Assembly (NCBI RefSeq): GCF_039541115.1
Contig: NZ_BAABFP010000002.1
Span: 248,001-312,000 of the forward strand
Reading direction: 5' to 3'
DNA length: 64,000 nt
Source: Angustibacter luteus
Lineage (GTDB): Bacteria; Actinomycetota; Actinomycetes; Actinomycetales; Angustibacteraceae
Shown here: piece by piece, positions 48,061 to 59,681 of the stretch
How positions within the stretch are numbered: the stretch's first letter is position 1
Layout: every line of letters begins with the position of its first letter
Notes under the pieces: generated by a model
Seen by the model: only the letters and a program-made list of their open reading frames with translations
Told to the model about the DNA's origin: nothing
The model's database searches: none
Translations under genes and position numbers: made by a program

Positions 48061-49929
48061 TCATCCCAGCAGGTCGTCGACGTAGCACCAGCGCCAGTGC
48101 TCGTGCGGCTCGAAGCTGCGCATCACCGGGTGCGAGGTCTCGTCGTAGTGCCGGTCCGCGTGCCGGTGCGGCGAGCTGTCGCAGCAGCCCACGTGCCCGC
48201 AGGTCAGGCAGAGCCGCAGGTGCACCCACGTCGTGCCGTCCCGCAGGCACTCCTCGCAGCCGTCCGGGGTGCCCGGCTTGACCAGCGTGGGTGCGGACAT
48301 CAGGTGCTCGCACCCGGCGGCCGCCCGGGCGGGCGCGAGTCGCTCGGCGACCCGCTCGTTGCTCAGCTCGGCCCGGTCCAGCAGGGACTCCTCGACGTCC
48401 AGCACCGCGGTGCCCGCGCGCAGCACCTCGTCGTCGTAGCGTCCCTCGTCCCGGGCCTTGATCAGCGCGGCGCGCTCGGAGTCCAGCATGGCCAGCCGCA
48501 GCCGCAGGTACGTCGCGGTCGGCGGCTCGTACTCCTCGTGCGGGCGGCCCAGCCGTTCCCAGGCGCTCGCGACCCGCTGCTCGGACTTGCCGCGCAGCGA
48601 CTCCACGACGTCGTCGGGGTCGTCGGCGGTGCGCTCGCTGTCCAGGCGCTCGATGCCGGCCTTGCTCACCTCGCTGAGCAGCGCGGCCTGGGCGAGCGCG
48701 TCCTCGGCCGGGTCCGGCCCGGGCAGCCGCAGCCAGCGCGCGAGCGCGGGCAGCGTCAGCCCCTGCAGGGACAGCGTGCCGACCACCACCACGAACGCGA
48801 CCAGCAGCAGCGTCCCGCGGTGCGGCGTCTGCGCCGGCAGCGCGAGCACGGCGGCCAGGGTGACCACCCCGCGCATGCCGGCCCACGAGACCAGCATGGA
48901 CGAGCGCCAGGTCCAGCCGTCCTGGTCGACCGGACGACGCAGGAGAAGACGCACCGAGTACGCCCCGAACACCCAGACGAACCGGGACAGCAGGACGGCG
49001 AGCAGGACGGCGCCGCAGACCACCAGCAACGTGGTGTCGCTGAGCTCCGCGCGGGCCTCGCGCACCACGAACGGCGCCTGGAGCCCGATCAGCAGGAACA
49101 CGGCGTTCTCCAGCAGGAACTGGATCGTGCGCCAGTTGCTGGCCTCGGCGAGGCGCGAGGCGCCGGACTGCAGCAGGTGCGAGCGGTGCCCGAGCAGCAG
49201 CCCGGTGACGACGACGGAGAGCACCCCGGAGGCATGCAGCTCCTCGCCCACGAGGTAGGCCACGAACGGTGCCAGCAGCGAGAGCACCGTGTCGATCACC
49301 GGGTCGTCCACCCGGCGACGGACGAACGAGAACACCTGGGCGACCACCACGCCGGCCAGCACCCCGCCGAGCGACGCCCACACGAAGTCCAACCCGACCT
49401 GCCAGATGGCGATGGTCGAGATGATCGCCGCGCGCGCCGTGTTCAGCGCGACGAGGGCGGTGGCGTCGTTGACGAGGCTCTCGCCCTCGAGGATCGAGAC
49501 CACCCGGCGCGGCAGGCCGATCCGGCGGGCGATGGACGTCGCGGCGACCGCGTCCGGCGGCGCGACGACCGCGCCGAGCGCGAAGGCCGCCGCCAGCGAG
49601 AAGGGAGCCGGGATGACCCAGAAGGCGACGAACGCCACGCAGGCGGTGGTGAACAGCGTCGCACCGATGGACAGCAGCAGGATCGAGGACCGGTTCGCCC
49701 GGAAGTCCACCAGCGAGGTGCGGATCGCCGCCGCGTAGAGCAGCGGCGGCAGCACACCGACCAGGGCCACGTCGGAGTCCAGCCGGACGTCGGGGATGAA
49801 CGGCAGGTAGGCGCACAGCACCCCGACGCCGACCAGCACGAGCGGCGGCGACGCGCCGACCCGACGCGCCAGCCCGGCCACGGTCACCACGACGATCGCG
49901 ATCGCGACCAGGGACAGAGCGGTGTGCAT
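48061..49929 (-). CDS. CPA1 Na+/H+ antiporter with C-terminal UBP-type zinc finger
   Basis: LPPLLY, PPDAVA, LEGESLVNDA, WAGMRGVVTLA; tail CEHL..CEEC..LRLCLTCGHVGCCDSS..HA..H..WCYVD. Confidence 0.92.
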   Translation of the reverse strand: MHTALSLVAIAIVVVTVAGLARRVGASPPLVLVGVGVLCAYLPFIPDVRLDSDVALVGVLPPLLYAAAIRTSLVDFRANRSSILLLSIGATLFTTACVAFVAFWVIPAPFSLAAAFALGAVVAPPDAVAATSIARRIGLPRRVVSILEGESLVNDATALVALNTARAAIISTIAIWQVGLDFVWASLGGVLAGVVVAQVFSFVRRRVDDPVIDTVLSLLAPFVAYLVGEELHASGVLSVVVTGLLLGHRSHLLQSGASRLAEASNWRTIQFLLENAVFLLIGLQAPFVVREARAELSDTTLLVVCGAVLLAVLLSRFVWVFGAYSVRLLLRRPVDQDGWTWRSSMLVSWAGMRGVVTLAAVLALPAQTPHRGTLLLVAFVVVVGTLSLQGLTLPALARWLRLPGPDPAEDALAQAALLSEVSKAGIERLDSERTADDPDDVVESLRGKSEQRVASAWERLGRPHEEYEPPTATYLRLRLAMLDSERAALIKARDEGRYDDEVLRAGTAVLDVEESLLDRAELSNERVAERLAPARAAAGCEHLMSAPTLVKPGTPDGCEECLRDGTTWVHLRLCLTCGHVGCCDSSPHRHADRHYDETSHPVMRSFEPHEHWRWCYVDDLLG

Positions 49930-49959
49930 CAGGTCGCCACTGCGTTCGCCGGCACCGGT

Positions 49960-50820
49960 CTAGCCGTCGTAGGAGTAGAACCCGCGGCCGGACTTGCGGC
50001 CGATGTCGCCCGCGGTGACCATCCGGTTCAGCGTCTCCGGGGGGTTGAACTTCTCGTCCTGGGTCTCGATGTAGATGTTGCGGGAGGCGTTGCGCAGGAT
50101 GTCGACGCCAGTCAGGTCGGCCGTGGCCAACGGACCCATCGCGTGCCCGAAGCCGAGCTTGCAGGCGATGTCGACGTCCTCCGCGCTGGCCACGCCGTTC
50201 TCGACCAGCTTGACCGCCTCGACCACCAGCGCGGCGATCAGCCGCGTCGTGACGAAGCCCGCGACGTCCCGGTTCACCACGATGCACGTCTTGCCGACCG
50301 ACTCGGCGAACTCGCGGGCCCTGGCCAGCGTCTCGTCGCTGGTCTTGAAGCCGCGGACGAGCTCGCACAGCTGCATCATCGGCACCGGCGAGAAGAAGTG
50401 CGTGCCCACGACCGCCTCCGGCCGTGAGGTCGCCGCGGCGATCTGGGTGATCGGGATGGCCGAGGTGTTCGTGGCCAGCACCGCGCCGTCCCGGCAGATG
50501 CGGTCCAGGTCGGTGAAGAGGGCCGTCTTGACGTCCAGGCTCTCGAAGACCGCCTCGACGACGAGGTCGCTGTCCGCTGCGGCGTCCAGCTCGGTCGTGG
50601 TGGTGATCCGGGCGAGCGCCGCCGTCGCATCGTCCGCGGTCATCCGGTCCTTGGCGACGAACCGCGCGTACGACGCCTCGATGGCCGAGCGTGCCCGGCC
50701 GAGCGCCTCGTCGGTGACGTCGCGGAGCACGACCTGGTGGCCGGCCTGCGCGCTGACCTGGGCGATGCCGGAGCCCATCAGGCCGGCACCGATGACGGTG
50801 ATCTTCTGCTGTGCGGACAT
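49960..50820 (-). CDS. 3-hydroxybutyryl-CoA dehydrogenase
   Basis: GAGLMGSGIAQV, EAVFE, TNTSAI, HFFSPVP, HAMGPL; start MSAQQK at 50820. Confidence 0.93.
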   Translation of the reverse strand: MSAQQKITVIGAGLMGSGIAQVSAQAGHQVVLRDVTDEALGRARSAIEASYARFVAKDRMTADDATAALARITTTTELDAAADSDLVVEAVFESLDVKTALFTDLDRICRDGAVLATNTSAIPITQIAAATSRPEAVVGTHFFSPVPMMQLCELVRGFKTSDETLARAREFAESVGKTCIVVNRDVAGFVTTRLIAALVVEAVKLVENGVASAEDVDIACKLGFGHAMGPLATADLTGVDILRNASRNIYIETQDEKFNPPETLNRMVTAGDIGRKSGRGFYSYDG

Positions 50821-50899
50821 GACGAGGACTGTAGCCAGCGCCGCCGACGACCGCTTCGCTGCCCTGGCGCGACGTAGGCGGCTGGCCGACACTGGGCGG

Positions 50900-51226
50900 G
50901 TGGCCTCCTGGGGCAGCTACTCGTTCGTGTACGGCCCGGTCGTCGCGTTCGCGGCGGTCGGACTGCTGGTCGTGCTGCTGCGCTGGACGTTCCGCCGCGG
51001 CAGCTCGCTGGTGGCCGCACCACCGCGGTCCGGCAGCCCGGACGACTACGGGCTGCTGGTGGCCGTCGCCGAGCCACCGTCCTTCGCCGAGGCCGAGCTG
51101 ATCCGGGCGCGGCTGGCCGCTCAAGGGGTCCGCGCCACCCTCGCCCCGACCACCGAGGGGCCGCGGGTCATGGTGTTCCGGGACGAGGCCCGGGTCGCCC
51201 GCGCCCTGCTGCGCGGGCCGCGCTAG
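50900..51226 (+). CDS. Small conserved membrane-anchored hypothetical protein
   Basis: TM helix, LRWTF, DDYGLL, GVRAT, VMVF. Confidence 0.75.
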   Translation: MASWGSYSFVYGPVVAFAAVGLLVVLLRWTFRRGSSLVAAPPRSGSPDDYGLLVAVAEPPSFAEAELIRARLAAQGVRATLAPTTEGPRVMVFRDEARVARALLRGPR

Positions 51227-51238
51227 CGGCCCAGTGAG

Positions 51239-52516
51239 CTAGAACGCGCCGTCGGCGACGCTCTCGCGCCGGACGTCGGCACCGAGCCCGCGCAGGTCGG
51301 CGTCGAAGCTCGGGTAGCCGCGGTCGACGTGCTTGACCCCCTCGACGGTGGTGACGCCGTCCGCCGCGAGCCCGGCCAGCACCAGCGCGGCGGCCGCCCG
51401 GATGTCGCTGCCCACCACCGGTGCGGCGGACAGCCGCTCCCGCCCGCGCAGCAGCGCGTGGTGCCCGTCGACGCGGACGTCGGCGCCGAGCCGGGCGAGC
51501 TCGGACGCCGTGTGGAACCGGGCCTCGAACAGGTTCTCGGTGACCATCGCAGACCCCTCGGCCAGCGCGTCGAAGACCAGCGCGAAGGGCTGCAGGTCCG
51601 TCGGGAAGCCGGGGTAGGGCAACGTCATGACGTCGACGGCGCGCGGACGGCGCGGGCAGGTCACCCGCACCCCGTCGTCCTGCCGGTCGATCACCACCCC
51701 GGCGTCGACCAGCTTGTCCAGGACGAAGCCGAGGTGGCGCGGGTCGAACCCGCGCACGGTGACGTCACCACGGGTCAGCGCGGCGGCGAAGATCCACGTG
51801 CCGGCGGCGATCCGGTCTCCGACCACCTCGTGCTCGACCGGGGCCAGCGCCGTGACGCCGGTGATCACCATCGTCGAGCTGCCGATGCCCTCGATCTCGG
51901 CGCCCATCCGGACCAGCATGGTGGCCAGGTCGACGATCTCCGGCTCGCGGGCAGCGTTCTCGATCACGGTCGTGCCGCGCGCCAGCACGGCAGCCATGAG
52001 CACGTTCTCGGTCGCGCCCACGGACGGGAAGTCCAGCGAGATCGGCGCGCCCACCAGCCCGTTCGGGGCTTGGGCAACCAGGTAGCCGTGGTCGACGTGG
52101 ACGTTGGCGCCCAACCGGGTGAGCCCGTCGGCGTGCAGGTCCAGACCACGCGAGCCGATCGCGTCGCCACCGGGGATGGCGACGTCCGCGATGCCGCAGC
52201 GGACGGTCAGCGGTCCGAGCACGCTGATCGAGGCGCGCATCGCCCGGACCAGCTCGTAGTCGGCGCGGTGGCCGAGTTCGGAGGGCACGTCGATGGTCAC
52301 CGTTCCGGTCGCCGGGTCGTGCTCCACCCCGCACCCGAGCCGGCGCAGCAGCTCGGCCATCACCGCGACGTCCACGATGTCGGGCACCTTGGTCAGCGTG
52401 GTGCGTCCCACTGCCAGCAGGGCAGCCGCCATCAGCTTCAGCGCGCTGTTCTTCGCACCGACCACGGCGACCTCGCCGGCCAGCGGTCCCCCGCCGGACA
52501 CTCGGAACCTGTCCAC
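51239..52516 (-). CDS. murA: UDP-N-acetylglucosamine 1-carboxyvinyltransferase
   Basis: [56 protein letters not shown]; start GTG 52516. Confidence 0.96.
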   Translation of the reverse strand: MDRFRVSGGGPLAGEVAVVGAKNSALKLMAAALLAVGRTTLTKVPDIVDVAVMAELLRRLGCGVEHDPATGTVTIDVPSELGHRADYELVRAMRASISVLGPLTVRCGIADVAIPGGDAIGSRGLDLHADGLTRLGANVHVDHGYLVAQAPNGLVGAPISLDFPSVGATENVLMAAVLARGTTVIENAAREPEIVDLATMLVRMGAEIEGIGSSTMVITGVTALAPVEHEVVGDRIAAGTWIFAAALTRGDVTVRGFDPRHLGFVLDKLVDAGVVIDRQDDGVRVTCPRRPRAVDVMTLPYPGFPTDLQPFALVFDALAEGSAMVTENLFEARFHTASELARLGADVRVDGHHALLRGRERLSAAPVVGSDIRAAAALVLAGLAADGVTTVEGVKHVDRGYPSFDADLRGLGADVRRESVADGAF

Positions 52517-52540
52517 GGGCAAGAGGCTAGTGTGCGGGTC
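52517..52540. promoter_or_regulatory. Bidirectional leaderless promoter (overlapping -10 hexamers)
   Basis: TAGTGT (+, 52528-52533) and TAGCCT (-, 52529-52524), each 7 nt from its start codon. Confidence 0.7.
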
Positions 52541-53143
52541 ATGGTCGTGCTCTCCCGCATCTACACCCGTACCGGCGACGACGGAACCACGGCGCTCGGC
52601 GACTTCAGCCGCACCGCCAAGACGGATCCGCGCCTCGTCGCCTACGCCGACTGCGACGAGACGGGCGCGGCGATCGGCGTGGCCATCGCCGCCGGCGACC
52701 TGCCGGCTGACATGGCCACACTGCTGCAACGCATCCAGAACGACCTGTTCGACGTCGGCGCCGACCTCTGCACCCCCCTGGCCGCCTCGTACGAGCACCC
52801 GCCGCTCCGGGTGCAGGAGCCCTGGGTGGACGAGCTCGAGCAGGCGTGCGACTCCTTCGGTGAGCCCCTGGCGACCCTGCGCTCGTTCGTGCTGGCCGGC
52901 GGGACGGTGGGGGCCGCGTACCTGCACGTGGCCCGCACGGTCGCCCGGCGCGCCGAGCGCTCCACCTGGGCGGCCATCGAGGCCTACGGCACCGACGAGG
53001 ACGGCGGGGTCAACCCGCTCACCGCCCGCTACCTGAACCGGTTGTCGGACCTGCTGTTCATCCTGTCCCGGGCCGCGAACCACGGCCACGGGGGCGACGT
53101 CCTGTGGCAGCCGGGCGGCGGCCGGCAGACGCCGCCTGCCTGA
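52541..53143 (+). CDS. PduO-type cob(I)alamin adenosyltransferase
   Basis: [46 protein letters not shown]. Confidence 0.95.
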   Translation: MVVLSRIYTRTGDDGTTALGDFSRTAKTDPRLVAYADCDETGAAIGVAIAAGDLPADMATLLQRIQNDLFDVGADLCTPLAASYEHPPLRVQEPWVDELEQACDSFGEPLATLRSFVLAGGTVGAAYLHVARTVARRAERSTWAAIEAYGTDEDGGVNPLTARYLNRLSDLLFILSRAANHGHGGDVLWQPGGGRQTPPA

Positions 53144-53160
53144 GGCCAGGAGTCGCTGGC

Positions 53161-53604
53161 TCAGGCCACCGAGACGTTCTGGCCGGGCGGTGCCGCCTCG
53201 AGCCAGGACGAGAACCCGGTGTAGGACTGCTCGCTCATCGCGAGCTCGACGTACCCACCCTTGCGCCGACATCGCACGATCACGAACCCGGACATCACCG
53301 AGAACGCCTCGACTCCCGCCGGGGTCCGCCGCTCCTGGACCATCAGGTCGCCCCGGCGCAGCACCTGCTGGGGGCGAAGGGCGAACCGGAAGACGGGGTA
53401 CCACTCGATCCGGTCAGCCTCGTACCGGGCGATGCCGAGGCGCCAGCCCTTGCCGTGCGCGCCCGTCGTGGTGCGCAGCGAGCAGTCGAACGTCCCGACC
53501 TTGCGGCTGAGCCAGCGGCGGCGCAGGACCACGGCGAGCGCCGCGGCCACGACCAGGAGCAGCAGCAGTCCGACGACCTCGAGCGGGATGATCAGGCCGT
53601 CCAC
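53161..53604 (-). CDS. DUF2550 family protein
   Basis: TM helix, [28 protein letters not shown]; usual position after atpC. Confidence 0.9.
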   Translation of the reverse strand: MDGLIIPLEVVGLLLLLVVAAALAVVLRRRWLSRKVGTFDCSLRTTTGAHGKGWRLGIARYEADRIEWYPVFRFALRPQQVLRRGDLMVQERRTPAGVEAFSVMSGFVIVRCRRKGGYVELAMSEQSYTGFSSWLEAAPPGQNVSVA

Positions 53605-53616
53605 CGCTGCGCCGTA

Positions 53617-53886
53617 TCAGTTGCCGCGGTCGGCGCCGACGGTGGCGCTGTCGGCGATGATCGTCACGCGGTCGTGGTCGACGGACAGGAAGCCGTTGTC
53701 CACCTCGGCCGTCACCTGCTCGCCCTCGCCGGAGATCCGGACCTCGCCGGCGACGAGTACGCCGAGCAGAGGCGCGTGACCGGGCAGGATGCCGATCTCG
53801 CCGTCCGTCGTCCGAGCGACGACGTTCGTCGCCTCGCCGCTCCAGACCTTGCGGTCAGCGGCAACCAGCTCCACGGTGAGCGCCAC
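53617..53886 (-). CDS. atpC: ATP synthase epsilon subunit (89 aa, beta-sandwich only)
   Basis: [43 protein letters not shown] before GTG 53886. Confidence 0.93.
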   Translation of the reverse strand: MALTVELVAADRKVWSGEATNVVARTTDGEIGILPGHAPLLGVLVAGEVRISGEGEQVTAEVDNGFLSVDHDRVTIIADSATVGADRGN

Positions 53887-53970
53887 GGGGGTCCTTCCGT
53901 CCAGGGATGACCCAACGATACCGGGTGCTTGCCGAGGGAAGGTCACAGGGTGGACCCGATGAGGTCGCCG

Positions 53971-54588
53971 TCACAGCACGGTTCCGCCGTACGAGGCTGC
54001 CAACGCCGCCGCGACGGCCGCGGCGTCCGCGGTGACCTCGTCCGGCGGGGACGGCGGCAGCAGGTCGTCCCACACGACGAGGAACGAACCGCGCAGCTGA
54101 CCGAAGCCCTCGGGCCGGGCGAAGAAGAAGATGTGCAGGTGCGCGCCGCCGTCCCCGATCCGGTAGACGTGGCAGCGGGCGATCCCGGGCAGCGCCTCGA
54201 CCGCCCGGCCGATGTGCACCATCAGGCGGCCCATCTCGGCGGCCAGGTCGTCCGGCAGGTCGGTCAGGTCGTGGTGCGCCAGGGGCTGCAGCATCATCAC
54301 CAGCGGCGCACCGCTGGGCTCGAAGGCGATGAGCCGCCAGCGCTCGTCCCGCCACACCTCACTGACGTCCGTGCCCGGCTCCGCCTTCTCGCAGGCCCCG
54401 CACGGTCGGCCACCCTCACCGGTCCGCGGCGCCTCGGGGAACTCGGCCGGCTGCAACGGCGCGACCCGCAGCCCGTCGACCTCGAACGGAAAGGTCCCCC
54501 ACGACGTCATCCGCGCCACGGCGGCCTGCTTCTCCGCGTCGAAGCCCGCCGTCACCCGCTCGTAGAAAGCCCGCGCATCCTCAGCCAT
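53971..54588 (-). CDS. HIT-like protein
   Basis: PCGAC, HHDLTDL, RIGDGGAHLHIFFFARP (degenerate HIT motif); TAGGGT 6 nt upstream. Confidence 0.72.
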   Translation of the reverse strand: MAEDARAFYERVTAGFDAEKQAAVARMTSWGTFPFEVDGLRVAPLQPAEFPEAPRTGEGGRPCGACEKAEPGTDVSEVWRDERWRLIAFEPSGAPLVMMLQPLAHHDLTDLPDDLAAEMGRLMVHIGRAVEALPGIARCHVYRIGDGGAHLHIFFFARPEGFGQLRGSFLVVWDDLLPPSPPDEVTADAAAVAAALAASYGGTVL

Positions 54589-54602
54589 CCGGTGACCCTA
54601 CC

Positions 54603-54634
54603 GGGGCGAACCTGCATGATCACCGCGGGAGGGG
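54603..54634 (-). repeat. Family-1 element, single arm (one mismatch)
   Basis: GGGGCGAACCTGCATGATCACCGCGGGAGGGG. Confidence 0.85.
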
Positions 54635-54680
54635 TGGCGGCCGGACACGATCAGTCAACCGGGCAGGACCGGCTGGCAAA

Positions 54681-54758
54681 CCGGCGGAGGCCGGGGGACC
54701 GAAGGTCGGCGTCAACGAGCTTGCGAGAGCCGACCGCAGGTCCCCCGGCCTCCGCCGG
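54681..54758. repeat. Long GC hairpin directly downstream of atpD (REP-like, possible terminator/stabiliser)
   Basis: CCGGCGGAGGCCGGGGGACC / GGTCCCCCGGCCTCCGCCGG 20-bp perfect stem plus 7-bp inner stem; loop contains CGAGCTTGCGAG. Confidence 0.82.
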
Positions 54759-54770
54759 GACCACGAACAA

Positions 54771-57148
<2,378 letters not shown>

Positions 57149-57151
57149 AGG

Positions 57152-58789
57152 TCAGCCGCGCTTCTGACGGACGATCTTCTCCTGCTCGACGCTCTCGTCC
57201 TCGAGCGCCTGGGCCTCCTCGTGACCGGCCTCCACGTGCTGGCGGTCATCGGTCTGGAAGCTCTTCTTGAAGGCGTCCGTCTCGGACTTGAGCTTGTCCG
57301 CCGTGTCGTCCTCGAACTTGCCGGTCTCCCGGATCGTGGTGAGGACGTCGCTGGAGCGGCGCAGGTGGTCGAGCAGCTCGCGCTCGAACTTGCGGACGTC
57401 GTCCACGGCGATGTCGTCGAGCTGGCCGGTGGTGCCGAGCCAGACGGAGACGACCTGCTCCTCGACCGGGAACGGCGAGTACTGGCCCTGCTTGAGCAGC
57501 TCCATCAGGCGCTGGCCCCGCGACAGCTGCTGGCGCGACGCGGCGTCCAGGTCGGAGGCGAAGAGCGCGAACGCCTCCAGGGCCCGGAACTGCGCGAGGT
57601 CGATCTTCAGGCGGCCCGAGACCGACTTCATCGCCTTGGTCTGGGCGGCGCCGCCAACGCGGGAGACCGAGACACCGACGTTGACCGCCGGGCGCTGGTT
57701 CGCGTTGAAGAGGTCCGACTCGAGGAAGATCTGGCCGTCGGTGATCGAGATGACGTTCGTCGGGATGTAGGCCGACACGTCGTTCGCCTTCGTCTCGATG
57801 ATCGGCAGGCCGGTCATCGAGCCCGCGCCGAGCTCGTCGGAGAGCTTGGCGCAGCGCTCGAGCAGCCGCGAGTGCAGGTAGAAGACGTCGCCCGGGTAGG
57901 CCTCGCGGCCCGGCGGGCGGCGCAGCAGCAGCGACACGGCGCGGTAGGCCTCGGCCTGCTTGGACAGGTCGTCGAAGATGATCAGGACGTGCTTGCCCTC
58001 GTACATCCAGTGCTGGCCGATGGCCGAGCCGGTGTAGGGGGCGAGGTACTTGAAGCCCGCCGGGTCGGACGCGGGGGCGGCCACGATGGTGGTGTACTCC
58101 ATCGCGCCGGCCTCCTCGAGCGCGCCGCGCACGGAGGCGATCGTCGAGCCCTTCTGGCCGATGGCGACGTAGATGCAGCGGACCTGCTTGGTCGGGTCGC
58201 CGGACTCCCAGAACTCCTTCTGGTTGATGATCGTGTCGATCGCCACCGCGGTCTTGCCGGTCTGGCGGTCACCGATGATCAGCTGGCGCTGGCCGCGGCC
58301 GATCGGGGTCATCGCGTCGATGGCCTTGATGCCGGTCTGCAGCGGCTCGTGCACCGACTTGCGCTCGACGACCGAGGCCGCCTGGAGCTCGAGGGCGCGC
58401 GACTCGGTCGACTCGATGTCGCCCAGGCCGTCGATCGGGGTGCCCAGCGGGTCCACCACGCGGCCGAGGAAGTTGTCGCCCACCGGGACGGACAGGATCT
58501 CGCCGGTGCGCTGGACCTCCTGGCCCTCCTCGATGCCGGAGAACTCACCGAGGACGACGACGCCGATCTCCCGGACGTCGAGGTTCAGGGCGAGGCCCAG
58601 CGTGCCGTCCTCGAAGCGCAGCAGCTCGTTGGCCATGCACGAGGGCAGGCCCTCGACGCGGGCGATGCCGTCGCCGGCCTCGCTGACGCGGCCGACCTCT
58701 TCGCGAGCGGCCGTTCCGGGCTCGTAGGACTGCACGAAGGTGTCCAGGGCGGCCCGGATCTCCTCCGGGCGGATCGTGAGCTCCGTCAT
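57152..58789 (-). CDS. atpA: ATP synthase alpha subunit
   Basis: [38 protein letters not shown]. Confidence 0.98.
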   Translation of the reverse strand: MTELTIRPEEIRAALDTFVQSYEPGTAAREEVGRVSEAGDGIARVEGLPSCMANELLRFEDGTLGLALNLDVREIGVVVLGEFSGIEEGQEVQRTGEILSVPVGDNFLGRVVDPLGTPIDGLGDIESTESRALELQAASVVERKSVHEPLQTGIKAIDAMTPIGRGQRQLIIGDRQTGKTAVAIDTIINQKEFWESGDPTKQVRCIYVAIGQKGSTIASVRGALEEAGAMEYTTIVAAPASDPAGFKYLAPYTGSAIGQHWMYEGKHVLIIFDDLSKQAEAYRAVSLLLRRPPGREAYPGDVFYLHSRLLERCAKLSDELGAGSMTGLPIIETKANDVSAYIPTNVISITDGQIFLESDLFNANQRPAVNVGVSVSRVGGAAQTKAMKSVSGRLKIDLAQFRALEAFALFASDLDAASRQQLSRGQRLMELLKQGQYSPFPVEEQVVSVWLGTTGQLDDIAVDDVRKFERELLDHLRRSSDVLTTIRETGKFEDDTADKLKSETDAFKKSFQTDDRQHVEAGHEEAQALEDESVEQEKIVRQKRG

Positions 58790-58865
58790 CGTGGTTCCTG
58801 CCTTCTGTTCTCTGTCGTGGTGCGGGCTTCGGGAGGTTCTGGGGTGGTGCGCGAGCGGTGGTGCG

Positions 58866-59681
58866 TCAGCGCGACAGCTGCCGGCGGACGTCGTCGAGCC
58901 GGCGGGACACGGTGCCGTCGAGCACCTCGTCGCCGATCTCGACCCGGATGCCGCCGAGGACGCTGGGGTCCACGTCGACGTTGAGGTGCACGCGCTTGCC
59001 GTAGAGGGTGGTCAGCGCGGCGGCGAGCCGGGCGCGCTGGTCGTCCTCGAGCGGCAGCGCCACGCGCACGTGGGCCACGAGCTTGTCGCGACGGGTCGCG
59101 GCGAGCTGCACGTTGGCGTCAAGCGCACGGTCGAGGTTCTGCCCGCGACCGTTGAGCACCGCGCGGCGGATCAGGACGACGGCCTCGGGGGCCGCCTTGG
59201 CGCTGATCAGCTCGTCGACGAGAGCCGACTTGCTCGCCTCCGGAGCGGCCCGGTCGGCCAGCGCCCGAGCGAGCTCGGGGTCGGCGTCGACGATGCGCTC
59301 GAACCGGAAGAGCTCGTCCTCGACGCGGTCGGCCCGGTCGCCCGCCTCGGCGCCGGCGATGATCGCCGACGAGCCGAGCTTCTCGATCGAGTCCGACAGG
59401 TCCCGGGCGCGCGACCAGCGCGAGCGGGCCATGCCGGACAGCAGGGTCACGACGTCGGCCGAGACCTTGCCGTCGAGCAGTCGCCCGATCAGGCCGGCCT
59501 TCGCGTCGGCCTCGTTGGACGGGTCCGTGAGGGCCCGGCGCAGCGAGACGTTCGCGTCCAGCAGGTCGACGACGGCGAACAGCGCCTGGCCGACCGCCGT
59601 GCCGTCCGTGCCCGCCGTGGCCAGGAGCGCGTCGAGCTGCTCCTCGGCCGTGGCGAGCGACTCGCGGCTGACGCCCTGCAT
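58866..59681 (-). CDS. atpH: ATP synthase delta subunit (long actinobacterial form)
   Basis: [34 protein letters not shown]. Confidence 0.96.
   Translation of the reverse strand: MQGVSRESLATAEEQLDALLATAGTDGTAVGQALFAVVDLLDANVSLRRALTDPSNEADAKAGLIGRLLDGKVSADVVTLLSGMARSRWSRARDLSDSIEKLGSSAIIAGAEAGDRADRVEDELFRFERIVDADPELARALADRAAPEASKSALVDELISAKAAPEAVVLIRRAVLNGRGQNLDRALDANVQLAATRRDKLVAHVRVALPLEDDQRARLAAALTTLYGKRVHLNVDVDPSVLGGIRVEIGDEVLDGTVSRRLDDVRRQLSR

Noticed and set aside
4271..54634. Repeats as a CRISPR array
   Set aside because: Copies are kilobases apart, with no repeat-spacer periodicity and no cas genes.
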